A DNA stretch of 63,779 bases, the filler included. It is 10 parts of 10 records of this genome, joined end to end, with 100 filler letters (N's around TTAATTAATTAA, not from the genome) between each part and the next. Parts side by side here need not be neighbours in the genome. Positions count along the whole stretch, not along the records: positions 21,513 to 26,180 come from SRR7504441_8815; positions 26,281 to 29,539 come from SRR7504441_8821; positions 29,640 to 35,920 come from SRR7504441_8822; 7 more parts are not named here. One strand, given 5' to 3'. Shown piece after piece: positions 22,675-33,415 of this stretch (position 1 is its first letter; each line of letters starts with the position of its first letter). A program made the translations under genes and the position numbers. The notes under the pieces are model-generated. The model saw only the letters and a list, made by a program, of their open reading frames with translations, was not told where the DNA came from and ran no database searches.

Positions 22675-24649
22675 ATGGGGTACGGAGAATCGGAGAACGA
22701 ACGCCGGCGGCAGCAGGGCAAGGCCAGCACTTGCTGGGAGGCCGAGTGGGCGGCAGGCAAGGAGTCCCGGGCACTGAACGCAGCCACCGAATGCATGGAG
22801 GACGAGCGGTTCGGGCGGTTGGCGGTTGGCCGATCACCGCGGGGCCAGGGCTGCCGAGAAGCAGGAGGCCTTCAATGATGCGGTGACGGGCAAACCTGCA
22901 CGGCGGCGGCTGAGCTGGGGCAGGTGGCTTACGTTGAGCAAGTGACCGGCAAGCAGTGAGTGGTTTGGGCGGCTGCCGGGCAAGGCTGGCAGGTACCCGG
23001 GCGACTTGTGGGAGTGGCTCAAGGACGGGACGGTAGCTGGCCGGATCTTGGATGGCCTAGCCGGCTGGACAGGTCCTGTGCGAGATGGCCAACAAGATCC
23101 GGCCCGGGATCATCCCCAAGGTAGCCGCCGGCCGCCCCCGTGTGCACCGGTGACAGGTCGGCCGGCCGGGGATGCCGTTCCGCGAGATGGAGAACATCGA
23201 CATGTACAACAACGCCTGCCGCACCATCGGGGTGCCCGGCCCTGCCTCTGGGCTGAGCAGCCACTAGGTCGCGCCTAACAACACCTTCCGGTCGCCCGAC
23301 CTGTACGAGAAGCGGGTAACTGCCGGCGCTGGCTGCGGCTTAGCGGGACCGGCAAGGTCTCCTACCCGGATGCAATCATCTACAACATCCTCGCCCTGCA
23401 GCGCGTGGTGCCACCAGCCGGCCTCCAGCGGTCAGCCGGTGCTGCAGGTCGAGAAAGCTTCGGGCAAGAAATCGTCATCCAAGAGCCCCTCGCGCAATTA
23501 CAGCTACAAAACCAAATCCAATGCGTCCGCTTCCCCGGCGGTCTGCTCGCCTGGCCAGCCGGCCGATGAGTGGCCTGCAGCGCGTCCCGGCCTCATCGGC
23601 CTCTGTCCCAGCCAGGTCGTCCCGCGCGTCCTCAGGCGGCTCCTCCTCCTCCGTCCCGGCCCGTGAGTTCACCATGAGCGCGGTCCGCTCGCGTTGGCTC
23701 CAATGTGCCTTATATCCGATTAACAGGTTTCCAATGCGTCGCCGGCGCGGTCGCCGGCGCGGTCGGTAGCGCACTCTGGAGACAACATCGACTCTGAGGC
23801 TGTGAGCAGCACTGTCGCGCCGCTCTCACGCCTGCAGGTGATGGCTGCGGAGACCGAGCGACGCCGGAATCAGACTGGGGTGAGCTCGGCGCTGGCAGCA
23901 TGTGAGTGGATTGGCCATTGACTTGTGCTGGTCTGAGGCTGTTGCAGCCGAACCGGACTGGCTCAAGAATACCCGGAACGAGCAGGTGCAAGCTCGGGCC
24001 TGGCCATGCTCAAGCCATGTGTGCAGGAGAAGGCAGACGCTAAGTCGGCTCAGGACTGGATGGAGGCAGTGACTGGGGTTCCGTTTACCAACGGAGTGCG
24101 TGGGCGAGGGAGTGTGGGCACGAGCCTGGGGGCAGGACCTGTGGGAGACAACCAAGTCTGGCAAGTATCTGTGCAACCTGCTCGAGAAGGCAACGTGCCC
24201 TGAGCGCACCTAGACTCATCCATCGAGCCAGGTGAAGCCAGGGCTGGTCAACATGCGCAAGATAAACAAGGCTAACATCAACATGCCTTTCAAGTGGCCC
24301 AATGTCTGTGCCTGGACTTGAGCTGGCAACACAGGTGCATGGAGAACATCGGCTTCTTCACAGAAGGCTGCCTCCAGCTCGGAGTCCGGTGCCTGCTAGC
24401 TGCGTGGCTGCTGCTCACGCCTGGACAGGCCCAACAACATATTCCGGCCATCTGACTTGTATGAGAAGAGGGTTTCGTACCCAAAGGCTATCATCAACTG
24501 CATCCACGCATTGGCTCGCCATGCCAAGGTAATAACTGATCAAATCCACCAACGGTGCCTCAGACAGCAACTGTGTGCAGGATATCTCTTCTTTCAAGGG
24601 GCCGGAGATTGTGATCGTGCACATCAAGGGCGAGAGCACCATGTTCTAG
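22675..24649 (+). CDS. Protein with two calponin-homology (calponin/transgelin-type) domains; 5' end may extend to about 22314
   Basis: After splicing many 34-45 nt introns: LWEWLKDGTVLCEMANKIRPG...MENI...DLYEKRVSYPDAII and a second copy DWMEAVTG...MENIGFF...DLYEKRVSYPKAII. Confidence 0.8.
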
Positions 24650-24826
24650 AGTAGTTTTTGACCGCAACTACGATGCGTTTTGTTAGCGTTTTGCACTGAC
24701 GTTTTGCATACGTTTTGCACAAGATGAAGAAAATTCGAGACCTCGATATATTATTCTATTGAATGTCAACTAGCTATAATCATTGGGACTACATTGGAAC
24801 GCTCAACGCTGTAAGGAGAGTTAGCG

Positions 24827-25854
24827 TCAGCTAAGTGCGTCACGTGGCAAGGGGGGTATGCTAATAGCTCGCTCTTGGGTGATATGCTCAATCATCGAGC
24901 CCATCATTGAGCTTACAAGCGCTAGTTCCACCCTCACATTATTGTCCCTCATGCTCATCATTGCGTTATCTGCTGATGACTGTTGAGATCCTCCGCGTGC
25001 AACCCAGTGCGCCGCTATTTGCGCCTCGAGCAGTTGTTGCACCTGTCCAAGCCCCTAAGAGCTGACTCGGCCAGACCCGGAGCACTTTATCCTGCTGGAC
25101 TCGGATCACTTGGCTCTGCCTCTCGAGCTGCTGCAGGAACTTGTGGTCGGTCGGCTGAGCAGGGATTGTGTTGAGCAGTGATTCGAGCTCTTGTTCCAAT
25201 CGCAGATTCAGTTTTCCCATGCTCTGCAGTGCCTCACTGAGCGACGCCACCTAGCCTGAGATAAGACCCGGGAGCCAAGCAGGCGCGCCTGCTGTGAAGC
25301 TGCCCGCTGAGCCTGCTCAGCTGCCACAACCCTTGTCTGAGCAGCCTTGGCCAGCTCCACCAACCCTTCGCCAGAAAGCCTGCAGGCAGCTGCTCAGCTT
25401 TCCGCGAGGCGGCCTGCACCCGATCGGCTGGAGCAGCCCGCGAGCGGCTTGGTGCTCCTCCCACAGGCCGCGCAGCGTGCTGTCCGCCTCTGTGCGCAGC
25501 TCCTGCCCTGAGGCTGAGGCTAGACTCGCCGGCGGCCACCTCGACTCCGGCCAGCTGCTGCTCGATCTGGCGCTGAATCGCTGCGTGGCTGCTCACCGCC
25601 GCCGCACTGGCCGCTTCGAGCTCAGCTTCCAGTTCGCGCACCCGCCGCCGCAGTCGGCTAGCCTCCAGCTGGCTGGCCTCCTGGCTGTCTGCCAGCTGCT
25701 GCAGCTCGCCGGCCGGCAGCCGGAGCTCCCCGATCAGCCGGGTGGCCGAGCCGCGGGCAGCCAGGCAGGCCGGGCAGTTAGCCAGGCAGGTCTGGGTAAG
25801 GAAGAGTTCCAGCGTCAGCCGCAGCTCCTCAAGCACTCCGGCGCCGCCCTCCAT
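24827..25854 (-). CDS. Hypothetical coiled-coil protein
   Basis: Q/E/L-rich helical frames linked by short introns. Confidence 0.45.
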
Positions 25855-25920
25855 ACCAGCTCTTGCAAAAATCCGAGCACGGCCGTTAGACATCCTGGCG
25901 TTACTACGTCGCGTGCTTGC

Positions 25921-26169
25921 ATGAGTACCCTCGATAGAGCTCTCTACACCTGCTCGGTGGGCGGCCGTCTGGACGGGCGGGGGGCTGATGCGGCTGCTGA
26001 TGCGCAGGTCCCGGGCTCGTACCGCGGGGAGATCGACGGGCTCCCGGCGGCCACCCAGAACTACGAGTATGTATTTGGGCACGAGCTCAACTACGACACC
26101 CCGCCCACCGCCGAGATGGGCACAGCAAGCCGCTTCAACCAAGCCCCGACCAGTGCGCTGCCCGCCTAG
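25921..26169 (+). CDS. Small hypothetical protein
   Basis: ATG 25921 to TAG 26169, with an internal intron-like segment ending GCGCAG. Confidence 0.35.
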   Translation: MSTLDRALYTCSVGGRLDGRGADAAADAQVPGSYRGEIDGLPAATQNYEYVFGHELNYDTPPTAEMGTASRFNQAPTSALPA

Positions 26170-26280
26170 GCTGGCCGCGANNNNNNNNNNNNNNNNNNNN
26201 NNNNNNNNNNNNNNNNNNNNNNNNTTAATTAATTAANNNNNNNNNNNNNNNNNNNNNNNNNNNNNNNNNNNNNNNNNNNN

Positions 26281-29200
26281 GCCAGGGGCGTCGTTGCTTC
26301 CGTCTACAGCCAGGGACACGCACGCTCTTACAGCTTCTGTGTTCTTTACAAACGCTGCTGCTACAATCTCACTGCAAGCTGAATCTCGCATCATGAGTCC
26401 CAAAGCATTGATGGCTCCAGGCAATTGCTCACCTTTTGAAGCCATCATCTTGGTCAGACTCATAGCTGCTCCACCATTGGCGAAGGCGGCTCGGCCCTCT
26501 GGAATGTGGTGGCATGTCTGGCATACTAAGCTCACTGCAGTTCCAGCCACAAGTTGCTCGTCAGACTCGAGCAGCATGGAGACTCCTTGCACCAGTTGGA
26601 TAAACTCCTCACTTCTATAGAACCACCTTGACGCTTTAGCAGTTTTGGGGTCCCAGGTCCGTACAAGTATCTCCAGTGCACTAGTCTGCACTGCTGGGTC
26701 GCTCTGGAACAAGAGCTCAAGGATCAGACTTGTAACTGAAGGGTCTAACAGGAGAATAGCACCCGTACTTTCCAGCGCCATTGCTGCAACACATGCAGCA
26801 GCATGTTGACTCATCGTCTCGCCTCCATCAGCAGCGATCCGCAGGAGTGTAGGTATCCCCTTTCGCATAGGTATTTCGTCAAGCAGCTGCTCCCGTGCAT
26901 TTTCACTGGCCCGTAGACATTCCTTCAGTGCTCCCAACAGAGCACTGTCATAGGGCTCGGCCATCATCAAAGGAATGCACCGGTGTGCAACAGCCGTGTC
27001 TGCTATTGTGCTGTTGACCTGGATGGCTGTGCTGAGCAGGACCCCAGCTGAGTGCCGCAGAGCGCCCTGGTCCAGACAGCCCAGTGCCTTGCCGACTATT
27101 GAAGTAGGGACGAGCTGGGCTGCTTTATCGTAATCAGTTCCCATTTTCGCCAGTACAGCTTCCACTATGACCGAGAAAGCCTCAAAAATTGTTGTAACCA
27201 CCGTCACATCGTTGCTGCTGGCAGCCCTTTCAAAAGCTTCACCAACTCCCATCTTAAGCAGTGGCCCAACCAGTGCCAGGTGCCCTAGCAGTGCCCTGAT
27301 TGCAATCACTGCACTGCTGTTTCCTTCACAGACGCGCTGTAGCAGCGGCAACATCACACTAGTGGAGGACGCAAGCTCCTGCGCCACATCAGCATTGTCA
27401 GAGGCTGCTGCCACTGCGCTGAGGTATTCGGCGCCACCAGGGTCATATGCCTGATTCATGTACTGGGCAGCGGTGTTGATGCTTTGGGAGTTGATGAGCT
27501 GGTCCACTAGCCCGGGCACTTGAGATACGACCTCATTTATCACAGAGAAAGCCATCTTCACAGTCTCGTACTCCAGTGAGTCTGGTGCATTCAAAAATTG
27601 CGAAGGCAGCAAGCGGATAAGCGTGTGCGCAGCTGCCGCAGCACCATCGCTCGCAATCTCAAAAGCCATGCCTTCCTTGAGTGTCTGCGAGAGCACTTGC
27701 AGTGCCATCAGGTGCGTGCTTGTGGGCTTGGCAGGTGGGCCATCGTCTTGCTCATCCTCTTTGTCTGTATCTTCTCCCAGGAAGAACGAGTCTGGTTGGC
27801 CTGAGTGCTCAAATAACCAGTTGGCAGCCTGCTCAACCCCAGATCCGCCAGTCATTTCGACAGCTTTCCTGGCTTTGAATTCTTGGAACCCCATGTCCAG
27901 GCATAGCGCCGCCTTGAACGGGAAAGACGCGTCAGGTGGTGCACTGGCAGAGGCTGCCGCGTTGGCAGCTGCCTGCTCTGAGGTGATGACAGCTCGTTGA
28001 AGCAGCACACCAAGCGCATTGAACATGCCACACTGGCCAGCGTACGTTTTGACTACTGATGGACACCTCTTCATCGATTGCACCAGCACCTTAGCCGACT
28101 GGAACTGAATCAGGGAGACGGGCGATTGCAGCCCCTGGACAACGTACGCGAATGCCTGCAGCCAGTGTCAGTGCGGTGCTTGCCACCGAGCTACCAGCGG
28201 GTCCTGCAGATCACTCACAAGGCTCGCACTGGTCTTCCCGGCCCACTTGACTGGACCCGCCCCCGCTCTATCGTGCCAATCGAGCAGCTGCACCACAGCG
28301 CCGAGACCGCGGGTCACCCGCTGTGGCTCGGCTGCAAGTTGCGGGTCCTGCGGATGGCACTCAGCCTCAGCCAGGCCTCGCGTGCACCTGGAGCATTGCA
28401 AACACCGCGCGGATGCCTCCGTGCGTCAGGAAGAGCTTGGCAGCGGGCTCGGTCACTCTCCGGCCTGGGGGGAAGAGAGCAGCCACCAGCTCCAGGGCTG
28501 CCTGCTTGCTGTCCAGATCCAGCCTTTGACCTGCGAGGCATCAGGCGGCAGCTCCGGCCGCACCGCACCGTTATCTTTCGCCATGTTGGCGAGCACAGCT
28601 TGGAGCAGCTGCCCCCCCGCTCAACCGCTGCCGGCCACGGTCAAGACCTGGGCCCAACGGTCGTCCTCTGTCATCACTGATAGCTCCGCTCGATCTCCCG
28701 CCAGAGCAGCGAGCAGCCTGAGCGCTGCTGCGACCACTTTGCCAGTATTGGCGGCGCGCGTGCTGGACATTACTAGGTCCACCCAGTCCGACTCAGCGTT
28801 CGGCTGCGACACCCGCTCCAGCACCTGCACCTGGCTCGCCCGCGCTGGCAGGGCCCGGGAGACCGCTGGGTAAGCCGCAGCCAGGCGGGCGACAGTGCTA
28901 AGGATCGACTCGAGCTTCCGCGGGTCAGCGCCGTTCTTCGCAGCGCGGAGCAGCCCGTCGAAGCACCCGACCTGGCGCGCTCTCAGCATCGAGCCCAGGG
29001 CCTGCCAGCGCACCGCCACAGCCGCCGCTCCTCCATCTCCGCTGGCGTCGGCACACAGAGTATTCTCCAGGGTGCTGATCCCGGAGACCTGCGGCGGCTG
29101 GTCACGCCCGGCCAGTGTGGGGGCGCACATTGCCGTGGGCAAACTGGAGTGCCATTGAGGTGAGCCCGTTACTATCGGCTGTGTCCACGAGTCCCGAGCA

Positions 29201-29539
29201 GCCGTCACAGACTCGCACCGCATCGGTCAGCCCGAACGAGGGGAGCGCCCGTCGGCCCTTGGAACACGCCTCGCAAAACGTCAGGCCGCAGAGCCGGCAG
29301 TGGTGCTTCCGGCGGGTGAAGGTGAATGCATTGGTGCACAGCGCACAGTTCGTCGCGTCTGTGTCGGGGGTCCACTCCGGTGGCGCAATCGGGGCGCTGG
29401 CGTCGTCGGACCGGGAGCTGTTGCTGCGGTTCCGGGTCTGCATGTCGACACTCATCGCATTGTCCGACCCTGTGCGCCGCCTGCTGACTGGATTCATCGC
29501 GGCTTTACTTGCGGCGGCTTCGCGTGCGGCGGCTTCGCG
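26281..29539 (-). CDS. FYVE + ARM-repeat + UBA protein, truncated at both contig ends
   Basis: [30 protein letters not shown] (FYVE), helical ARM-like repeats, and [27 protein letters not shown] (UBA); short GT-AG introns. Confidence 0.82.
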
Positions 29540-29639
29540 NNNNNNNNNNNNNNNNNNNNNNNNNNNNNNNNNNNNNNNNNNNNTTAATTAATTAANNNNN
29601 NNNNNNNNNNNNNNNNNNNNNNNNNNNNNNNNNNNNNNN

Positions 29640-30183
29640 AAGGGAGGAACGACTGCTGACGGAGCTCACCGTGCTAGATAGCAAGTCCGGGGTGCACGCG
29701 GGCCTATCGAGTGGGCGCGATCGTGGGGTAGGTTGATTTTGAGTTTGCCAAGCAGCATTACTTTTTGGCGCGCAAGAAAGAGGCACCCGAGCGTGCTGAG
29801 TGAGTTCAGCTCGGGGGGCAGGAGGAGGCAAATGAGATCTACGAGCTGCAGCTAGAGATTAAGGTGAGTCAGGGCGGGGCTGACTCGACTGGTCGCGTGC
29901 AGGCGAATTGGGAAGAGATTAACATGCTGCTCGGACACCAAACCGATCAGCTCAACCATATATATCACAACATTGAGGTGAGCCTGCTGTTCACTAGCTG
30001 CCCGCACAGTCTCATGATACCGGCCAGCTCTCGCGCGCGTACGTGGATAAGGCGATTGAGGAGTTTGAGGTCATCAAAGAGCGGACCGACCCGTGGATGC
30101 TCTGCCGCCGACGATGCATCTGGTTGTGTATTGTATTAATTCTAGGGACTGTTTTGTTCATTGCAATTAAGGTTGCTATGTGA
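29640..30183 (+). CDS. Syntaxin-like SNARE, C-terminal fragment with tail anchor
   Basis: Spliced: WEEINMLLGHQTDQLNHIYHNIE..YVDKAIEEF (central Q layer), then TM CIWLCIVLILGTVLFIAI. Confidence 0.7.
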
Positions 30184-30279
30184 TTGAGAAATACCTCTTA
30201 TGTATAAAGATTTACTGAAGATGATATACGAATTCATGTACCAATACTTCCGGTCCACTACGATCCGCCCCACAGGGCT

Positions 30280-31674
30280 CTAGTTCTTATGTAGTTCTTG
30301 TATCTCCTCGATCTCTTGCCCGGGTAAAGAGGCATACCCAGACGGTGGCCGCAACTTCAACCAGACATACGCCCCAAGACAGGTCCCAACACAGCACAAC
30401 AAAGCTGCCACCAACAACAACCAGATGCGCTTTGAAGAGTTTGGCGGCCACTGGGGCTTCGGCGAAACAGCATCCTGTGCAAGCTTTGTTAGGTAAAAGC
30501 CTAACGGCCAGCTGATCTCATCTGCATTTAATCCTGATCGAAAGCGCACAGCGACATCAGGTGACACATTGAGCCATTGGGCCAAAATGGCGGACGCAAG
30601 GCGCGTCTGAAAGCAGCTGCTCTGGGGCAAACGGTGAAGCTTAAACACCTTGTGCTGCACAGCCGGGGATTCACGCTGAGCGTAGCACAGATGTGCTAGG
30701 TTTTCTTTAAATTGAGACAGAGACGACATTTTCTCATCACCATCTGAGCTCGGTGCTGGCTGGAACAGTATTCTGTGCTGCCTCTTTTGTGCAAACTCGA
30801 AGAGAGACATCGCCACAAACTGCAGCTCACCAGGGGAGGTCTGCAGCCATCTGGGGCGAGAACCAGCGCCAGTCCTGTTGAGCATACCGACGACCAGTGC
30901 CTCACACTCATCGTGCCCGGTCGTTATCAGGTGGCACCTGTCCCACGCGCGTTGCCTCTGGGCCTCCTCCCACAGCGGTTGATAAGCATACTCTGGCTGC
31001 ACTGCCACGTTGACCATCGCAGGCGTGACAGGCACATCGGCCTCTGGGAAGGCTGGGCTGACGACTTGCAGCTGCTCGGCGCCGATGTCGATCAACCCAA
31101 GAAGCTGCCTGCCCGACTTGCGCGCTAGCGGCTGGACAGTGAGAGTCCCTGCAAGGTAGTTGGCAGCCACCCAGCTCAGGAAAGCCTGCTGCTGCTCGTC
31201 CAGAGTGCTCATAGTCACCCTGAAGCGCACTAGCAGCCCTGAACCAGCCCGTGTTTCGATATTCTGACCAATGTGGTGGTAGATCTGCTGCTGCACCGAT
31301 CGGCTTAGCCGGCGCATCCCGGAGACACCATGGATTTGCAGCTCTACCGGTGGGTCCCACCACCCAACTGGTTCTCGGCCGGCCGCGCGATCGCCTCGAG
31401 CCAGAATGATGGCGGCGTCCCGGATCAGGGGCTCGAGAGAGCTGGCAGCTGCGTCCAGCTCGGCCGGGGTCACAGCGTCCGGCACCGCTGGGATTGCGGC
31501 CAGTCCGGGCTCGGCCTTCCCGATCTCGGTGCGGACCGGCTGGGCGCGTCCGCCGCTCAAAAGGAAGACCCGGCTGGCGATAGCAGAGGCCTCAATCAGC
31601 AGGCAGCTCTGCCCGCGCGCAGCCCCAACTAACACGGCCAACACCAGCACGCGCCCAGCCGCGTTTCCCCGCAT
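30280..31674 (-). CDS. GDA1/CD39 (apyrase/NTPDase)-like type I membrane protein with degenerate catalytic motifs
   Basis: Signal peptide; ACR-like IEASAIASRV, GVSGMRRL, QQQAFLSWVAANYL, LIDIGAEQLQV and SWPLG; C-terminal TM and YASL motif. Confidence 0.75.
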   Translation of the reverse strand: MRGNAAGRVLVLAVLVGAARGQSCLLIEASAIASRVFLLSGGRAQPVRTEIGKAEPGLAAIPAVPDAVTPAELDAAASSLEPLIRDAAIILARGDRAAGREPVGWWDPPVELQIHGVSGMRRLSRSVQQQIYHHIGQNIETRAGSGLLVRFRVTMSTLDEQQQAFLSWVAANYLAGTLTVQPLARKSGRQLLGLIDIGAEQLQVVSPAFPEADVPVTPAMVNVAVQPEYAYQPLWEEAQRQRAWDRCHLITTGHDECEALVVGMLNRTGAGSRPRWLQTSPGELQFVAMSLFEFAQKRQHRILFQPAPSSDGDEKMSSLSQFKENLAHLCYAQRESPAVQHKVFKLHRLPQSSCFQTRLASAILAQWLNVSPDVAVRFRSGLNADEISWPLGFYLTKLAQDAVSPKPQWPPNSSKRIWLLLVAALLCCVGTCLGAYVWLKLRPPSGYASLPGQEIEEIQELHKN

Positions 31675-31739
31675 GTCACAGGGACCTCCGATCGAAGTCC
31701 GTTAGATCAGAGTCTTACGGCACTTCAATCGTTCATCTC

Positions 31740-33290
31740 ATGTTGGCTCGGGGTCCCGATGACCAGGAGCGGCTTCTCGCGGCGGCAGCGGAGGTGGACG
31801 AGCGCGAGCGGCGGCTGCGGTCGCGGATCGCGGCGGTCGAGGCCGAGCGGGCCGCGCTGGCCCGGAAGGTGGCCGCCCAGCGCGGGGCGGCCGGCCTGGC
31901 CTCGAGCACCCGAGCCCACCGGGCCTCTGAGCTGGAGCAGCAGCAGCAGGCAGTGGCGCAGGCCAGACTGGCGGTGGAGCACGCTCAGCGGCAGACCGGG
32001 GCCCCGGGGCTCGAGCTTGCGGACGGGCCGGCGGCGGAGCTGGCGGGGGTGACGGCGGGCGGACGGGTGCAGCAGGAGGTGGCGGCGGGGCTGGCTGGGC
32101 GGGAGGCGGCCTGGGTCCAGCCGACAGACGGGTCGGGGCTGGCTGAGTGGGTCGAGGCGGCTGGGCGGGCGGTGCGGGCGCTTGGGGTCCCGGAGATGGA
32201 GCAGCTGGATCTGGCGGGGGTGCAGCTGCGGCGGTCGGGCGTGCCAATGGGGAGCGACAACCCAAAGCGGGCCAACGGACGGGTGGTGCGAGTGACGCTG
32301 GTGGTGAGCCCGGGCGAGGCGAGCAGCGTGCTTCGATGCGCGGGGTCGGGCATCGAGCTTGAGTTTGTTGCGAGCGAGCCCGGGCTGGCGGTGGTGAGCT
32401 GGGCAGACGAGCGTTGCGTGTGGTCCGGGAGCCTGGCCACTGGGCAGCTGCTGGTGCTAGCTTGGTGGGCCGATCCGAGACAGCGCGCCCGGTACGCGCA
32501 GGGGCTCGGGCTCCCTGCGGATGCGGCCGAGGGCTTGCTTGATCAGATAGTACTCGAACGGGATGAATGGGCAAGCCGGGCGAATGCAGCGTTGGAGGAA
32601 GGAATTCCGGTGGGACTGGCGGGTCTGGTGGAGGAAGGTCTGTTTGAGAGGGTTTGCGCGGCGGCTGGAACCCTCCTCCACGGCTGGTGGAGCACCGTGG
32701 AGGAGGGCGCCAGGCCAATTGGAGTGATTCAGCGAATCATTGGACTACAGGCCGCCAGGCTGGGAGCAAAAGGCCGGACACGGGTGCTGCTTTGCCGTAT
32801 GGGCCGCGCGGTGTGCCAAGCGGTGGGTCAGCTCGAGGGCGGTCTCAGCTGCTTTCACCTGCTTGAGAGCGGCTCAGCTGCTCCGGGCTGCCCTCTGGAT
32901 GGGCTTCTAGAGCCAAACCAGCTGCTCGTGGCGAGCCGGCCCATACCAGCCGAGTGGGTGGTACAGCCACCATTGGTGCTGGGCGTGTGGTACGGGCTGA
33001 TTAGTCGCGCCGCCGCGCGACAATTCGAGGCCGCTGTGTTGGGGATTGCACATGAGGTACAGATCAGCGGGCTAGCTGGGTCGAGGCAAGTGATGATCGG
33101 CTTCGTTCTGCCTGAGGCCAGCGCGGCTGATTGTGAGCTCAGTGCTAGCGGGTCAGAGCTGGAGCTTGAGTGTCCTAAGCTTGCGCTTGAGCCGACAGTG
33201 GTGCAGCTTCCCTTCAGGTGCTCCGGGTGCATGAGTGCTCAGTTCGATAAGGCAAGCCATGAGCTTCTCGTGACAATACGAGAGTCGTGA
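31740..33290 (+). CDS. Hypothetical protein: N-terminal coiled coil, C-terminal PIH1/CS-like domain
   Basis: 516-aa ORF; C-terminus VLPE..ADCEL...LPF...AQFDKASHELLVTI resembles PIH1_CS. Confidence 0.5.
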   Translation: MLARGPDDQERLLAAAAEVDERERRLRSRIAAVEAERAALARKVAAQRGAAGLASSTRAHRASELEQQQQAVAQARLAVEHAQRQTGAPGLELADGPAAELAGVTAGGRVQQEVAAGLAGREAAWVQPTDGSGLAEWVEAAGRAVRALGVPEMEQLDLAGVQLRRSGVPMGSDNPKRANGRVVRVTLVVSPGEASSVLRCAGSGIELEFVASEPGLAVVSWADERCVWSGSLATGQLLVLAWWADPRQRARYAQGLGLPADAAEGLLDQIVLERDEWASRANAALEEGIPVGLAGLVEEGLFERVCAAAGTLLHGWWSTVEEGARPIGVIQRIIGLQAARLGAKGRTRVLLCRMGRAVCQAVGQLEGGLSCFHLLESGSAAPGCPLDGLLEPNQLLVASRPIPAEWVVQPPLVLGVWYGLISRAAARQFEAAVLGIAHEVQISGLAGSRQVMIGFVLPEASAADCELSASGSELELECPKLALEPTVVQLPFRCSGCMSAQFDKASHELLVTIRES

Positions 33291-33415
33291 AGAACTCAGT
33301 CGGATACAGTGTAGTTAACATAAAGTTGTTCATACACGGTGGCATTTTAAGTTAAAGCCAATCTAAGTGACGCGCTCATACTGCTTAATATCTTCTTTGA
33401 CCTGAAAGGGTTCGC

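Noticed and set aside
24675-24720. Short tandem words in intergenic DNA (CGTTTTG x4 here; CATGAACGT near 21150; TCAATTCGACC near 36897; CCTCACTCCTTT near 53676)
   Set aside because: Only 2-4 imperfect copies, each different and without unique spacers; consistent with local slippage rather than CRISPR or satellite arrays.
28621-28623. In-frame TGA within the FYVE-ARM gene (and similar in-frame stops elsewhere) as selenocysteine or stop-codon reassignment
   Set aside because: It lies inside a 39-nt GT-AG intron, and TAA, TAG and TGA all terminate conserved genes normally in this window.
31738-32718. Long antisense or alternative-frame ORFs (e.g. 31738-32718, 20141-21121, 42151-43146, 22346-22837) as overlapping genes
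   Set aside because: Pro/Arg/Ala-rich shadow ORFs expected at high GC; no recognisable motifs, and they overlap better-supported genes.
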